A stretch of 63,510 bases of DNA, counting the filler, from Licmophora abbreviata (Eukaryota): assembly GCA_900291995.1 (NCBI GenBank). It is 12 parts of 12 records of this genome, joined end to end, with 100 filler letters (N's around TTAATTAATTAA, not from the genome) between each part and the next. Parts side by side here need not be neighbours in the genome. Positions count along the whole stretch, not along the records: positions 1 to 2,716 come from OLMU01000574.1; positions 2,817 to 15,691 come from OLMU01000575.1; 10 more parts are not named here. The stretch is one strand, 5' to 3'. Shown in pieces: positions 1-10,169 of this stretch; within the stretch, counting starts at the first letter, position 1; each line of letters begins with the position of its first letter. The position numbers and the translations under genes are program-made. The notes under the pieces were generated by a model that worked only from the letters and a program-made list of their open reading frames with translations, did no database searches and was not told where the DNA came from.

Positions 1-1007
1 TCTATCTGTTCAAAGGTGAGTTTCGCTGATGCTTGTAGCTCGACTCCGACTCCAGCGCTGACTCGTGACAAATTTTGAACAGACTGGCGAACGACAATGG
101 ATTCGTTGTAACTGCAATGGACGCGCGAGGCATGTCACAATACGATCGACTCCCAGTTGTAGAGTCGCTCATGGCAACACCTCGGCACTTTCAATTCGTG
201 CGTGACAATCTTATTCAAGGTTTCTCTAACCAGCTCGCGCTACAACATTTTTCTCGAAATGGCATGCTCGATCTCCCATGGTTCAAGTTTCAATCGACGT
301 CCGGAAACTCAGGATCGATACCATTGTATCAGGGAAAACCTCCATCCTTTACGTACTATGGAACTTCACAAGGCGGAGTACTTGGCGCAGGGTACTCCGC
401 ATTATCAGGTCCCACCGGTCTTATCGATCGAGCCGTTCTTACATCTGCAGGTAGCTCCTTCGCGCTCGTGTTGTCGAGGTCGGAAGCGTTTGGTCTTTAC
501 GATGGAGTTTTGCTTCGCAACTTTTACAACAATCGGCACGTCCGGCTTTTTATCTCTTTGGTACAAATGGCATGGGACTCTGTCGAAGCTGCAGGCGTGT
601 TGGCGGAAACAATCGAACCATTCCCTCCAACCCTCATGCAAACCGGGCTGGGCGACTCTACAGTCAGTTCGACGGCGGCTGAAGTTCTGGCAAGGGCCTA
701 CGGCGCGTCCATACTACCCAACAACCCTCGTAAGGGTGTCTTTGGAATCCCCCAATCCTCCGTATCATCGAACGTATCCGTATCGAGCTCAACAGCATTC
801 TTCACGGAACTTCTGTACGAGGAGGAGTATCGCAGCTTGCCCAAGAGTAATGAACTTGCACCGATGAATGAGGTGCATGTATGTACGCGAAGGGACCCTA
901 TCCTCCGCACGCAGGTGGACGAGTTTCTTTCTACTGGTCGCATAATCGACCCGTGCTTGGACGACGGCTGTCGACGCAAAAAAGTGAACTGCTGGAAAGC
1001 AACTTGA
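1..1007 (+). CDS. Alpha/beta-hydrolase-fold protein, C-terminal part (5' end outside window); paralog of 2817..3842
   Basis: Nucleophile elbow YYGTSQGG, candidate Asp in GDSTV and His in EVH. GT-AG intron 16..82 joins in frame (…VQR|LANDNG). Confidence 0.7.
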
Positions 1008-2105
1008 ATGCATCGCTGATGAACCTCAACACAAGTTTTGTTGGCTAATGTTCATCATAGGCATGGATCGCAACTAGACATTTTTAAGTTGAGTTTCTGT
1101 AGCTAGGTCTACCTGGTAACGGTACCGGTATATGCCGCTAGCAACCAGCACCGCCTCATTGATATCTTCAGAATCCATCCTGAATTGCTCGTTATATGCC
1201 TACTATGATACAGTACGGTACAGTGGGTCTATCTGGTAAACGCACCGGTATCATGCCGTTAGCAACCAAAGGTGCAGAGACGAATGCCAAGACTCCTGCA
1301 GAGGTAGTCGAAGTTCACATGCGACTCTTGTTTGGAGATGAAGGTATGGCAGGCAATGGCTTCTTTTATGCCATGAACAAGGTGGGTGAACTCACCAGCA
1401 GTGGCATTGATCGGCGACCGGATGTCTAGAGGGCAAGAGCTAGGTCCGATCGGCACAATTAATTTCAGCGTTCACGAAAAGTCCATCTCGGCACGTTCTC
1501 GACCGACTCGCAGGGATAGCCCACTAGAGCGTAGGGTCAGACTTGGCACGCCTTTGCCAAGTCAACGAGCTAGTCCAAAGATTGCATTCCCCTTAGCTTT
1601 CCGTTTTGTTGTAAAATATCAGGTTGCTTGTTTTTTTTCAGTAATACTAGCCATTTCCAGTCCACCTTTTCCGACGTTTCCCTCCTAGTACGCCCATTGT
1701 ATCCGTACGGATCTATGAAACTGTCGAAGAGACGAAAGAACACATGATAGGGTCGTCAAAGATCGAAAATGGGGGAGCTGCGGCTGCAAGTTTCGAATCT
1801 GGCGTGTCTCGACGACAATTTCGCGTGTTATTTCAAGGGCCGCGAACACCGTGTCAAATCTCTTGTTAATTAGAAATGACAAGCCTTTTCCAAGATTTCG
1901 GATGCTACTCCGGCCGCTGGGGAGGAGCCTGGCCGAGGGAGAAGCGACTGCATCACGACGAGAAGACGACACACGACGCGACTAGCTTGTTTCACACCGG
2001 TACAATAACGACGGTCTCGCTCAGAGGACGTAGGGATGCATCATTCCAAGAGTGAGTCCAAACAGCACACTGTCCGCATCATACGTCTCGAAAAAGACCA
2101 AAACT

Positions 2106-2716
2106 ATGGACTACGACCGAGTTCCTCAAGATGAGGGCACCGCAGAGGCTACGCTAACATCATCGAATCTTCTGAAGGTTTCAAAGACGACTGTGGATCC
2201 GTTCGAGGTCGATCTCGAAGCCGACGAAGGGCTACACCGAAATTCTCCCCCAGTAAAGAGATCTAGCGACCCTCTTTGGGCTTTTTCCATCGCTTTGACT
2301 CTCGGTCTAGTCGTTCCTTCCCTCGCTACGGCAATTTTTTTATTCTACAGTCTGCTGAACCGGATCTGGCCAGCGACGCTCTTCTCGCTTCACCTGACCG
2401 TGGCACTATGGGCAGCACGAGACAGAATCCCTTCCAATGGCATACACGAGAAGCGACCATGTAGTTGTTGGGAGCTTTGTCGACGGCTGGGTACTTCGCT
2501 TCTGGACATTTTTCTTTTCAGTGCAGTATATCGCGTTATTATTGGAGTCTTTGTCAACAACTTCTTCGCTGACATAGACGACACCCCGGTGATTGAATGG
2601 GAAGCGTATCGCAGCTTGTTTGTCTGTATTCGAACTGCGGGGATGATCGTTGCAGGCCTTCGCGTGCTTCACGAGACACTATCGTGTGGCTTACTATGTT
2701 ATCAGCGCTTGTATGG
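2106..2716 (+). CDS. Hypothetical multi-pass membrane protein, 3' end lost in gap
   Basis: ORF from MDYDRVPQ with about 4 hydrophobic segments, running into the N spacer. Confidence 0.55.
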
Positions 2717-2816
2717 NNNNNNNNNNNNNNNNNNNNNNNNNNNNNNNNNNNNNNNNNNNNTTAATTAATTAANNNNNNNNNNNNNNNNNNNNNNNNNNNN
2801 NNNNNNNNNNNNNNNN
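2717..2816. other. Assembly gap spacer (N44-TTAATTAATTAA-N44). Same spacer at 15692-15791, 18745-18844, 19997-20096, 22688-22787, 37820-37919, 41234-41333, 43030-43129, 46162-46261, 48195-48294, 59627-59726
   Basis: Identical 100-nt artificial linker carrying stops in all frames. Confidence 0.98.
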
Positions 2817-3842
2817 GTTGTTTCTTCAACAGTGAGTGTCAAAGGAGACGTGCTGCCACCTTCAACTTGCATCTAAGAATAGTTTCTGACGCTTGTTCAT
2901 ATTTCTTGTTCAAGACTTGCTAACGAGAATGGGTTCATTGTAACTGGAATGGACTGGCGAGGCATGTCAAGGTTCGATCGAATCGCCGTCGTTGAAACGC
3001 TCATGTCAACACCTCGACACTTTCAATTCGTGCGTGACAATCTTATCCAGGGTTTCGCCAACAAGCTTGCGCTTCAACACTTTTCTCGAAATGGCATGCT
3101 CGATCTCCCATGGTTCAAGTTTCAATCGACGTCCGGAAAGTCAGGATTGATCCCTCTGTACCAACGAAAGCCACCATCCTTCACGTTCTACGGTATTTCG
3201 CAGGGAGGAATACTTGGGGCGGGATACTCAGCTTTGTCAGGTCCCACCGGCCTTATCGATAGAGCTGTTCTCGGGTCTCCAGGCACTCCATTCGCACTCG
3301 TGATGTCGAGGTCGGAAGCGTTTGGGGTTTACGATGGAGTTTTGCTTCGCAACTTTTACAACAATCGTCACGTCCGGCTGGTGCTCACATTGGTGCAAAT
3401 GGCATGGGACTCTGTCGAAGGCTCGGGCGTGTTGGCAGAGTCAAGGACCGAACCCTTTCCTCCAACACTGTTGCAAGCCGGGCTTGGCGACTCCACAGTG
3501 AGTACGATCTCGGCGGAAGCGCTTGCAAGGGCCTACGGCGCCTCTATGTTACCCAATAACCCGCGCAAGGGTGTCTTTGGAATCCCTAGATTATCGAAAG
3601 TACCAAGTGTACCAGTATCTGGCTCAGAGGCGTTCTTAACGGAAATTCTTTACGAGGAAGAGTACCGGGGCTTGCCCGTGAGCAACGAACTAGCACCGAA
3701 GAATCAAGTGCACGTGTGTGCTCGAAAAGACCCTATTCTTCGGACTCAGGTGGACAAGTTTCTTTCTACTGGTCGTATTATCGACCCGTGCGTGGATGAT
3801 GGTTGTCGACGCAAGAAAGTGAATTGCTGGAAGGCAACTTGA
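2817..3842 (+). CDS. Alpha/beta-hydrolase-fold protein, C-terminal part; tandem paralog of 1..1007
   Basis: FYGISQGG elbow and DWRGM motif. Intron 2832..2914 at the same position as in the first copy. Near-identical C-terminus RRKKVNCWKAT. Confidence 0.72.
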
Positions 3843-3920
3843 TAGCCTCGATCTCGCACAAACTAGCAATTTTTATCTTAACATAAAAATGCCTCTCTAC
3901 TAATTCTTTAATCGCTGCTT

Positions 3921-5267
3921 CTATTGTTGTAGTACATTGTCTTCGTCGGAAGCGTTCAACCAGACAACAATGACAGACACATTGTCGGTCGTTCCTCGTT
4001 GTAGTGCCTCCGCAACAACCATATCCGCCATGTGAGCACGTATTCTTGCTCGGTTGACTTCCGAGCCGCCTTGGTGAAGTTGTGCTCCAATGAATGAGAC
4101 GACCTCTTGACTGGACATGACATCAAACACCCCATCCGACGCTAGAATGACAAAGTCATCTCCATTCTGTATGCGACACGTCGTCACGTCGGCCGCGGCA
4201 GTCACCGACGGTCGTTCTGACCGATCACCAATGGCTCTAGAGAGAGCAAGATTTCCATTGACACGAAAGACACCCGAGTCGGGAATAGGATTGCCGTCGG
4301 TATCGACGTCTCCACACCATACAATCTTGCCACCCGCCCGTTCAATACGAGCCTTTTCCTGTTTGTTTTGAGGCTTGTGATCGTGCGTCAAGTCGACAGC
4401 AATACCGTTTCGAGAAAGTACCGCTCGACTGTCACCGACATTGGCCACCACGAGTGTTTGCTGTGCGTCATCATTCTCATTGCTGTGTCGGTCTTCGTGA
4501 ATCCAAGCCGCAACTGCCGTACTCCCTTGAAAACTCCAATGGCTAATCCGTTGCACCTCCTGATCGACCTTTTCCAATGCCGATTGGAGAGCGCGCTGGT
4601 AGTCAGCGACTGTCGGCGAAGGCGTCGCCGAGGCAGTCTCCTCTCCTTCATTCACAGTACTAGCAAGAGTCGCAGAAGACGTACTCCTAGAAGTACGTGT
4701 ATCTTCTGACGGCATGTCTGCAGTGGATGGAAGTGTCGCCCGTGACGTGCTGGTGGTCTTGGTCGGAGCAAGTGCCGCTTGCAAGAGGTGTGCATACAGA
4801 TTCTGCCGTAGATACCGACTGACGGCGGACCCTCCGTGTCCATCAAAGACGGCAGCAAAGTTCCCATACTTGTTGACAAAGATGTCGTCTTCCATGTACT
4901 GCCGTCCGCCCTGAACACTACAAACCGAAACTTGAAAGGAGGTGGGCGTGGGAGACATGGGATTGGTAGCCGTAGCAGTAGAAGAAGTAGGCGACTCTTG
5001 TTGTCCGACGTCGCTTCCACCGCGCAACCGATGATGGTGGCGATGTCGATGGCGCTGATGGTGATTGAAATCGTAGTAATGATGAAGACTACCCGAAGTA
5101 GACGAAGAAGAAGAAGGACTGGAAGCTGGAGGATTCCATCGTGATCTCAACCAGCCCGAGTAGGAAGCTGCAGGATTCGTTGTCGTCGTTCCGTGTCGCG
5201 TGCTGCTCTGTACCAAGGCAGGCAGAAGAGCCAAGAAGACGCAAAACAGGAACCGGTGATGGCCCAT
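3921..5267 (-). CDS. PP2C-family protein phosphatase with N-terminal signal peptide
   Basis: Motifs GGRQYMED, VFDGHGG, GSTA, ANVGDSRAVL, DHKP, LALSRAIGD, ILASDGVFD, DNVSVIVV. Hydrophobic leader FLFCVFLALLPALVQS. Start taken at MGHH; ORF is open to 5339. Confidence 0.92.
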   Translation of the reverse strand: MGHHRFLFCVFLALLPALVQSSTRHGTTTTNPAASYSGWLRSRWNPPASSPSSSSSTSGSLHHYYDFNHHQRHRHRHHHRLRGGSDVGQQESPTSSTATATNPMSPTPTSFQVSVCSVQGGRQYMEDDIFVNKYGNFAAVFDGHGGSAVSRYLRQNLYAHLLQAALAPTKTTSTSRATLPSTADMPSEDTRTSRSTSSATLASTVNEGEETASATPSPTVADYQRALQSALEKVDQEVQRISHWSFQGSTAVAAWIHEDRHSNENDDAQQTLVVANVGDSRAVLSRNGIAVDLTHDHKPQNKQEKARIERAGGKIVWCGDVDTDGNPIPDSGVFRVNGNLALSRAIGDRSERPSVTAAADVTTCRIQNGDDFVILASDGVFDVMSSQEVVSFIGAQLHQGGSEVNRARIRAHMADMVVAEALQRGTTDNVSVIVVWLNASDEDNVLQQ

Positions 5268-5705
5268 TTTTAGGTTTGTCATTCGAAACGCTATTCTGTC
5301 TCTACTGCGTCGTTTGGAAGACTTGACGACTTGTACCATTGTTCTCGATGAATGAATTGACTCTGCGCTGTATCAGAGAAACAAACTGCTGCGTTGGAAC
5401 GAAGTTTGAGAAATCGACTCTTCCACGATCTTTCACAAAGTCATCATGATGAATTGTGATGGCGGCTGACTCACACTCGCGACGCGTGTGGCCAACCTCT
5501 GCTCGCTCTTCTCGTTTTCGCGATTCAAAACGTGGATGGTTCGCAAATGCGTCACGATGATGTCACAGACGTCGTAGTGCAACGGCACACGCACGCTCGA
5601 CTGTCGGTCTGCGACGTACGCAAGAGATTTCAAAGAAGAAACATTCCAAATTCCAAGTCGAAACACTCGACGACACACACAACACGAGGAGAAGCAAGAG
5701 CAGGT

Positions 5706-5727
5706 GAGAGAGAGAGAGAGAGAGAGA
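5706..5727. repeat. (GA)n microsatellite
   Basis: About 11 GA units visible. Confidence 0.9.
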
Positions 5728-6154
5728 TGGCAGATTGATTTGCTCTTTATGCGTTGTTCTTATGACAATCGACGAGCCACGCTGCGGCAGAAGAGAGTTC
5801 TGATTTACTGTTTCGTCGTAGTGGGATTATTAGAATCGTTGAGAGGAGCAGTCTCAGGATTGGTAATGTCAACGCCATTCGTGAGAAAGAAGGGACGACA
5901 GCAACACTACGGCGTCGCCAGGTGAGGTGTGAGGTGGATCCTGCATAATCAGCAGTGCTTGACGCTTTTCAAAACTCCCTTCTGTGTAGCAAGAAAGCGC
6001 CTGTATCATTCTATTCTTGAGAGTGCCATTTTCGACACGTCCCAGAGGCAATGAATCTTGTCATACAGTAACTGGGACTTGCTCACTTTGACCGTTCCTT
6101 GACTTGAACCATCTCTTTCTTTCACAATACAGTTCCTACAGCGACAACGTTGAT

Positions 6155-6796
6155 ATGGCGTCCACCTCCTCCTCTTCTGCGGCGATGTTAGCGAAACGAG
6201 CCGTTGGTAAATTGCATCCCTCTACGACAACCATGTTGCTCTGCGACATGCAAGAGCGCTTTCGTCCCTTGATACACAATTGCGAAACGGTAATTCGAAC
6301 CTGCAACTACATGACGTCGGTCGCCGAGGCACTCGACATTCCGATCGTCGCCACGCAGCAATATACGAAAGTATTCGGACCGACCGTGCCAGACGTCTTT
6401 CCGAATGCTGAGGTGCAGAGTGCGACGCCTGTGTTTGAAAAGAAATTGTTCAGCATGTTGACCGAAGAAGCGTCGGATCATTTGTTTGGTGGACTGAAAG
6501 ATCGGTCGTCGTATGTTATCTTTGGGATTGAAGCGCATGTATGTGTACAACAGACGGCCTTGGATCTGCTTGAACGTGGACATGATGTGCATGTCATTGT
6601 CGATGGGGTGAGCAGTCAGCAAAGGATCGATCGAGAAGTTGCTCTTCAGCGGATGACTCATGCTGGAGCCTATCTGACAACGGCACAATCGGCGGCATTC
6701 ATGTTGATGCAGTCGGCAGATCATCCCAACTTCAAGGCGGTGAGTAAACTGACGGTCGAACACATGAAGCTGCCCAACGAGTTCAATGATGCATAA
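6155..6796 (+). CDS. Isochorismatase-domain protein (ISOC1/ISOC2-like)
   Basis: LLCDMQERF, TQQY..VFGPTV, KKLFSM, GIEAHVCVQQTALDLL, VDGVSS. Confidence 0.9.
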   Translation: MASTSSSSAAMLAKRAVGKLHPSTTTMLLCDMQERFRPLIHNCETVIRTCNYMTSVAEALDIPIVATQQYTKVFGPTVPDVFPNAEVQSATPVFEKKLFSMLTEEASDHLFGGLKDRSSYVIFGIEAHVCVQQTALDLLERGHDVHVIVDGVSSQQRIDREVALQRMTHAGAYLTTAQSAAFMLMQSADHPNFKAVSKLTVEHMKLPNEFNDA

Positions 6797-6826
6797 ATTA
6801 CACACATCGTTTCTACCAGCTAGCTA

Positions 6827-7840
6827 CTATGAGTTTTCTACTACTGCTACTTCTTGAATGAATAGTGGAAATCGATGCATATTGGCAGTCGAAACGACGT
6901 GCACTGTTGGAAATTCAATCACAGTCCTGCTGCTTAGCGCGGATCGTAGTGTACTCGTGCGATCGAACTCCACAAAGAGCGGTTGATTTGCAGGACAGGG
7001 CATTCGTTTCAACAAAAAGCGTGTGTCCTCTTGTAGTAATATAGTATTCGATTCAGCAGCTGCTGTGACGATGTCCAACAAGGTTGTGCCCTCGGGAACT
7101 TTTGGTGCAGTCACCGTGAGGGGACGAGACGACGACGAATTCACATCCACATGCAGACAAATTTCCACTTTCCAGTGAAGTGTATCAGTCTTGAAATGAT
7201 AGTAGGTCGTGTTTGACTTGTGGCGTTCCATTCCTGGTGGCATGAGCATGAGTGTTACTCCTCGATCCTGCGCTTGCTGTACAATCCGACGCCATTTGAC
7301 CCCGTGCTGTTGTTGATGAGAGTCGTTGGTGTTGTTGTTGTTGTTCTTACGAGGTCGCTTTACAGAACGTTCGTCCATCAATGCACTCGGTTCAACATCA
7401 TCATGTTCATCATCATCTTCATCATCCTTACCGACAGCTGCATCGGAACCTTGTTTCGTCGACATCAGAATGGGATGTATCTGTATCCGATTGGTACTAC
7501 TCGTAGTAGCAGTCAAAGTCTGACGATGATTGTGTTGAGTACTACTTGTACCACCACCCACTTGCTTCAATAGTCGCTTGCCGCCATCGACAGTTTTCAA
7601 GACATCCTCCAGAAAATGATAGTCGCTCTGCAGTATTGTATCATCCATGTGTGCCAAGGGACGAAAGGTCGTTCGATCGCGTTTTCCGCTGCACTGGGAT
7701 CGTTCTTTGTGCCGCCGACAGCAGCGCAGCGAGCAGGTTCGACGACAGCAGCGGGGACACTGATACAAGTACGTCTTCATTTCACATTCCTCGCAGAGAG
7801 ATGAAGTCTTCTGAGCAGACTTCTTTGAGAGTAACGACAT
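6827..7840 (-). CDS. BCD1: Box C/D snoRNA protein 1 (zf-HIT, BCD1/ZNHIT6)
   Basis: CEEC..YQCPRC..RTCSLRC..RHK...CSGKRDRT, SDYHFLED, MPPGMERHKSNTT, VIEFPTVHV. Confidence 0.88.
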   Translation of the reverse strand: MSLLSKKSAQKTSSLCEECEMKTYLYQCPRCCRRTCSLRCCRRHKERSQCSGKRDRTTFRPLAHMDDTILQSDYHFLEDVLKTVDGGKRLLKQVGGGTSSTQHNHRQTLTATTSSTNRIQIHPILMSTKQGSDAAVGKDDEDDDEHDDVEPSALMDERSVKRPRKNNNNNTNDSHQQQHGVKWRRIVQQAQDRGVTLMLMPPGMERHKSNTTYYHFKTDTLHWKVEICLHVDVNSSSSRPLTVTAPKVPEGTTLLDIVTAAAESNTILLQEDTRFLLKRMPCPANQPLFVEFDRTSTLRSALSSRTVIEFPTVHVVSTANMHRFPLFIQEVAVVENS

Positions 7841-8253
7841 GAGAGATGTTTTGGAAGAACAGAGAGCGAGCGGGAGGCAGGCTGTGGTGCTCCAAGACTA
7901 CACACGGGTCGACGACGCCTCGTGCTCTTGTTGTGTTTGTTCATTGTCGATTGTTGGCGCGAGGACAAAAATTGAGCGCTTTCATAATTTCAAGCTCTCT
8001 TTCCTTGATATCAATCTGTTCTACCTCGTGACACTTTGAGATTCCGTAATCCTACGCATACTTGTGTTCACTTCAGTACTCATGGAGGAGCCTGAACTTT
8101 GTCAGCAGCATGTTTCAGATCGCGATGAGAACGAATCGACAAGGCTCAAGCCACCAGCACCAACCAAATTCGGAACGAAGTTTTCTCAGTTGGAAGTTGC
8201 ATTTGTTCTGTGCTGACGATATCACTTCTCGAGACGACGACAGCAGTAGTACC

Positions 8254-10052
8254 ATGGCAAAGACAAGTACAAAATCATCTCGTAATCCTTCTTACGACAA
8301 GGATGATGCGCCGAAAAAAGAAGAAAAGAAGAGGCCCTCCACTGCATCAAACGACGACAATCATGACGCCAAGAGTCGCAAGAAAAAATCAAAGACTGAT
8401 GCTTCGAGCCCTGCTCCGTCTTCCGACACGTCCAAGCCCAACTTTTACGCCGCGGATGAAAACGACACCTTCGCTTCGTTGCCTCTGTCGGAAGCCACTC
8501 ACGCAGGTCTCGCGGCCATGGAATTTACCCGCATGACCGAGATCCAGTCCATGGCCATTCCTCCCTTGCTGGCGGGCAAGGACTTGATTGGAGCTGCCAA
8601 GACGGGGTCGGGCAAGACTCTTGCCTTTTTGATCCCCACGCTGGAACTCTTGCACAAGAGCAAGTTTACGAATCGCAACGGTACCGGCGCGATAGTCATT
8701 GCTCCTACCAGGGAGCTTGCCATGCAAATCTACGGTGTCTGCAAGGAATTGTGTACTACCGGCAAACACACGCAAACCTATGGACTCGTCATGGGAGGTG
8801 CCAACCGAAAGACGGAAGCCGAGAGATTGAACAAGGGCGTCAATGTTGTTATTTGCACGCCTGGAAGGCTCTTGGATCACTTGCAGAATACGAAAGGGTT
8901 CACTGTGCGCAATCTCCTTGCTCTCGTCATGGACGAGGCCGATCGCATCCTGGAGCAGGGATTTGAGGATGATCTTAGAGCTATTCTAAAACTGCTACCC
9001 AAGGAGCGGCAAACGATGCTCTTTAGTGCTACGCAAACGAAGAAGGTGGAAGATCTCGCTCGTTTGTCCATGAACCAAAAGACGGCCATTTACGTCGAAG
9101 TTCCATCGGAAACCAAATTGGCCACCGCGGCTGGACTCGAACAGGGATATGTCACGTGTCCTTCGGATAAGCGCTTCTTGTTACTCTTTACATTTCTCAA
9201 GAAGAACAAAAATAAAAAGATCATGGTCTTCTTCAGTTCATGTAATTCGGTCAAGTTTCACAGTGAACTGCTCAACTACATTGACGTGCCCGTAATGGAC
9301 ATTCACGGTCGCCAGAAACAAGTGAAGCGAACGACGACCTTCTTTCAGTTTTGCAAGAGCGACAAGGGGACGCTGCTATGTACCGACGTGGCTGCTCGTG
9401 GCTTGGATATTCCCAAGGTGGACTGGATCATCCAATTCGATCCCCCGGACGACCCGAAAGAGTACATTCATGTAAGCTTTTGTGTGTGTGTGTGGTGTCG
9501 GTCACGTCTGTGGACAGTAGCACCGCACTAACCTCCATCTACTCTCTTTTGTTGATCTCCCAGCGTGTCGGTCGTACAGCCAGAGGTGCCACAGGATCGG
9601 GGCGTGCTCTGCTGTTTCTTACACCGGAAGAAGTTGGATTCTTGCGATACCTGAAAGCTGCCAGGGTAACGCTGAATGAATACGAGTTCCCTATAAACAA
9701 GTTATCGAATGTGCAGAGCCAGTTGCAGCGGTTGATTGAAAAGAACTATTACTTGAACAAGGCAGCCCGCGATGCATACCGCAGTTATCTACTGGCATAT
9801 GCGAGTCATTCTCAACGTGACATCTTCAATGTGCACGAATTGGACTTGCAGGCTGTTGGACTTGCTTTTGGATTTACGACGCCCCCGCGAGTTGATCTGG
9901 CATTCAGCGCCAAAGGCGCGCGTCGAAGCAACGGACAAAAGCTCAAGGGAAAGAACGCCAAGGCACGAGGCTTGTCGTCAGGGCACGGCTTTAGCGCATC
10001 GAATCCATATGGAAAGAGACAAGAGGGCGACAGTAGACAGTTCTCCCACTAA
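8254..10052 (+). CDS. HAS1: ATP-dependent RNA helicase HAS1/DDX18; exons 8254..9471 and 9564..10052
   Basis: [29 protein letters not shown]. Intron 9472..9563 restores YIH|RVGRTAR. C-terminal KNYYLN..A..AYRSY..AYASH. Confidence 0.95.
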
Positions 10053-10169
10053 ATAGCATCAAAAGTATGGTAGCAGTGGCGACGACCTGTTCCTTTTTTA
10101 ACGTTTGTACACTACCCTAGCTACTGCAGTCGATACCCGACTACGCCTGCTTCTTGGTCAATGAGCAGG

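Noticed and set aside
2761..2772. TTAATTAATTAA palindrome repeated 11 times
   Set aside because: Artificial gap linker inside N runs, not a biological repeat or CRISPR.
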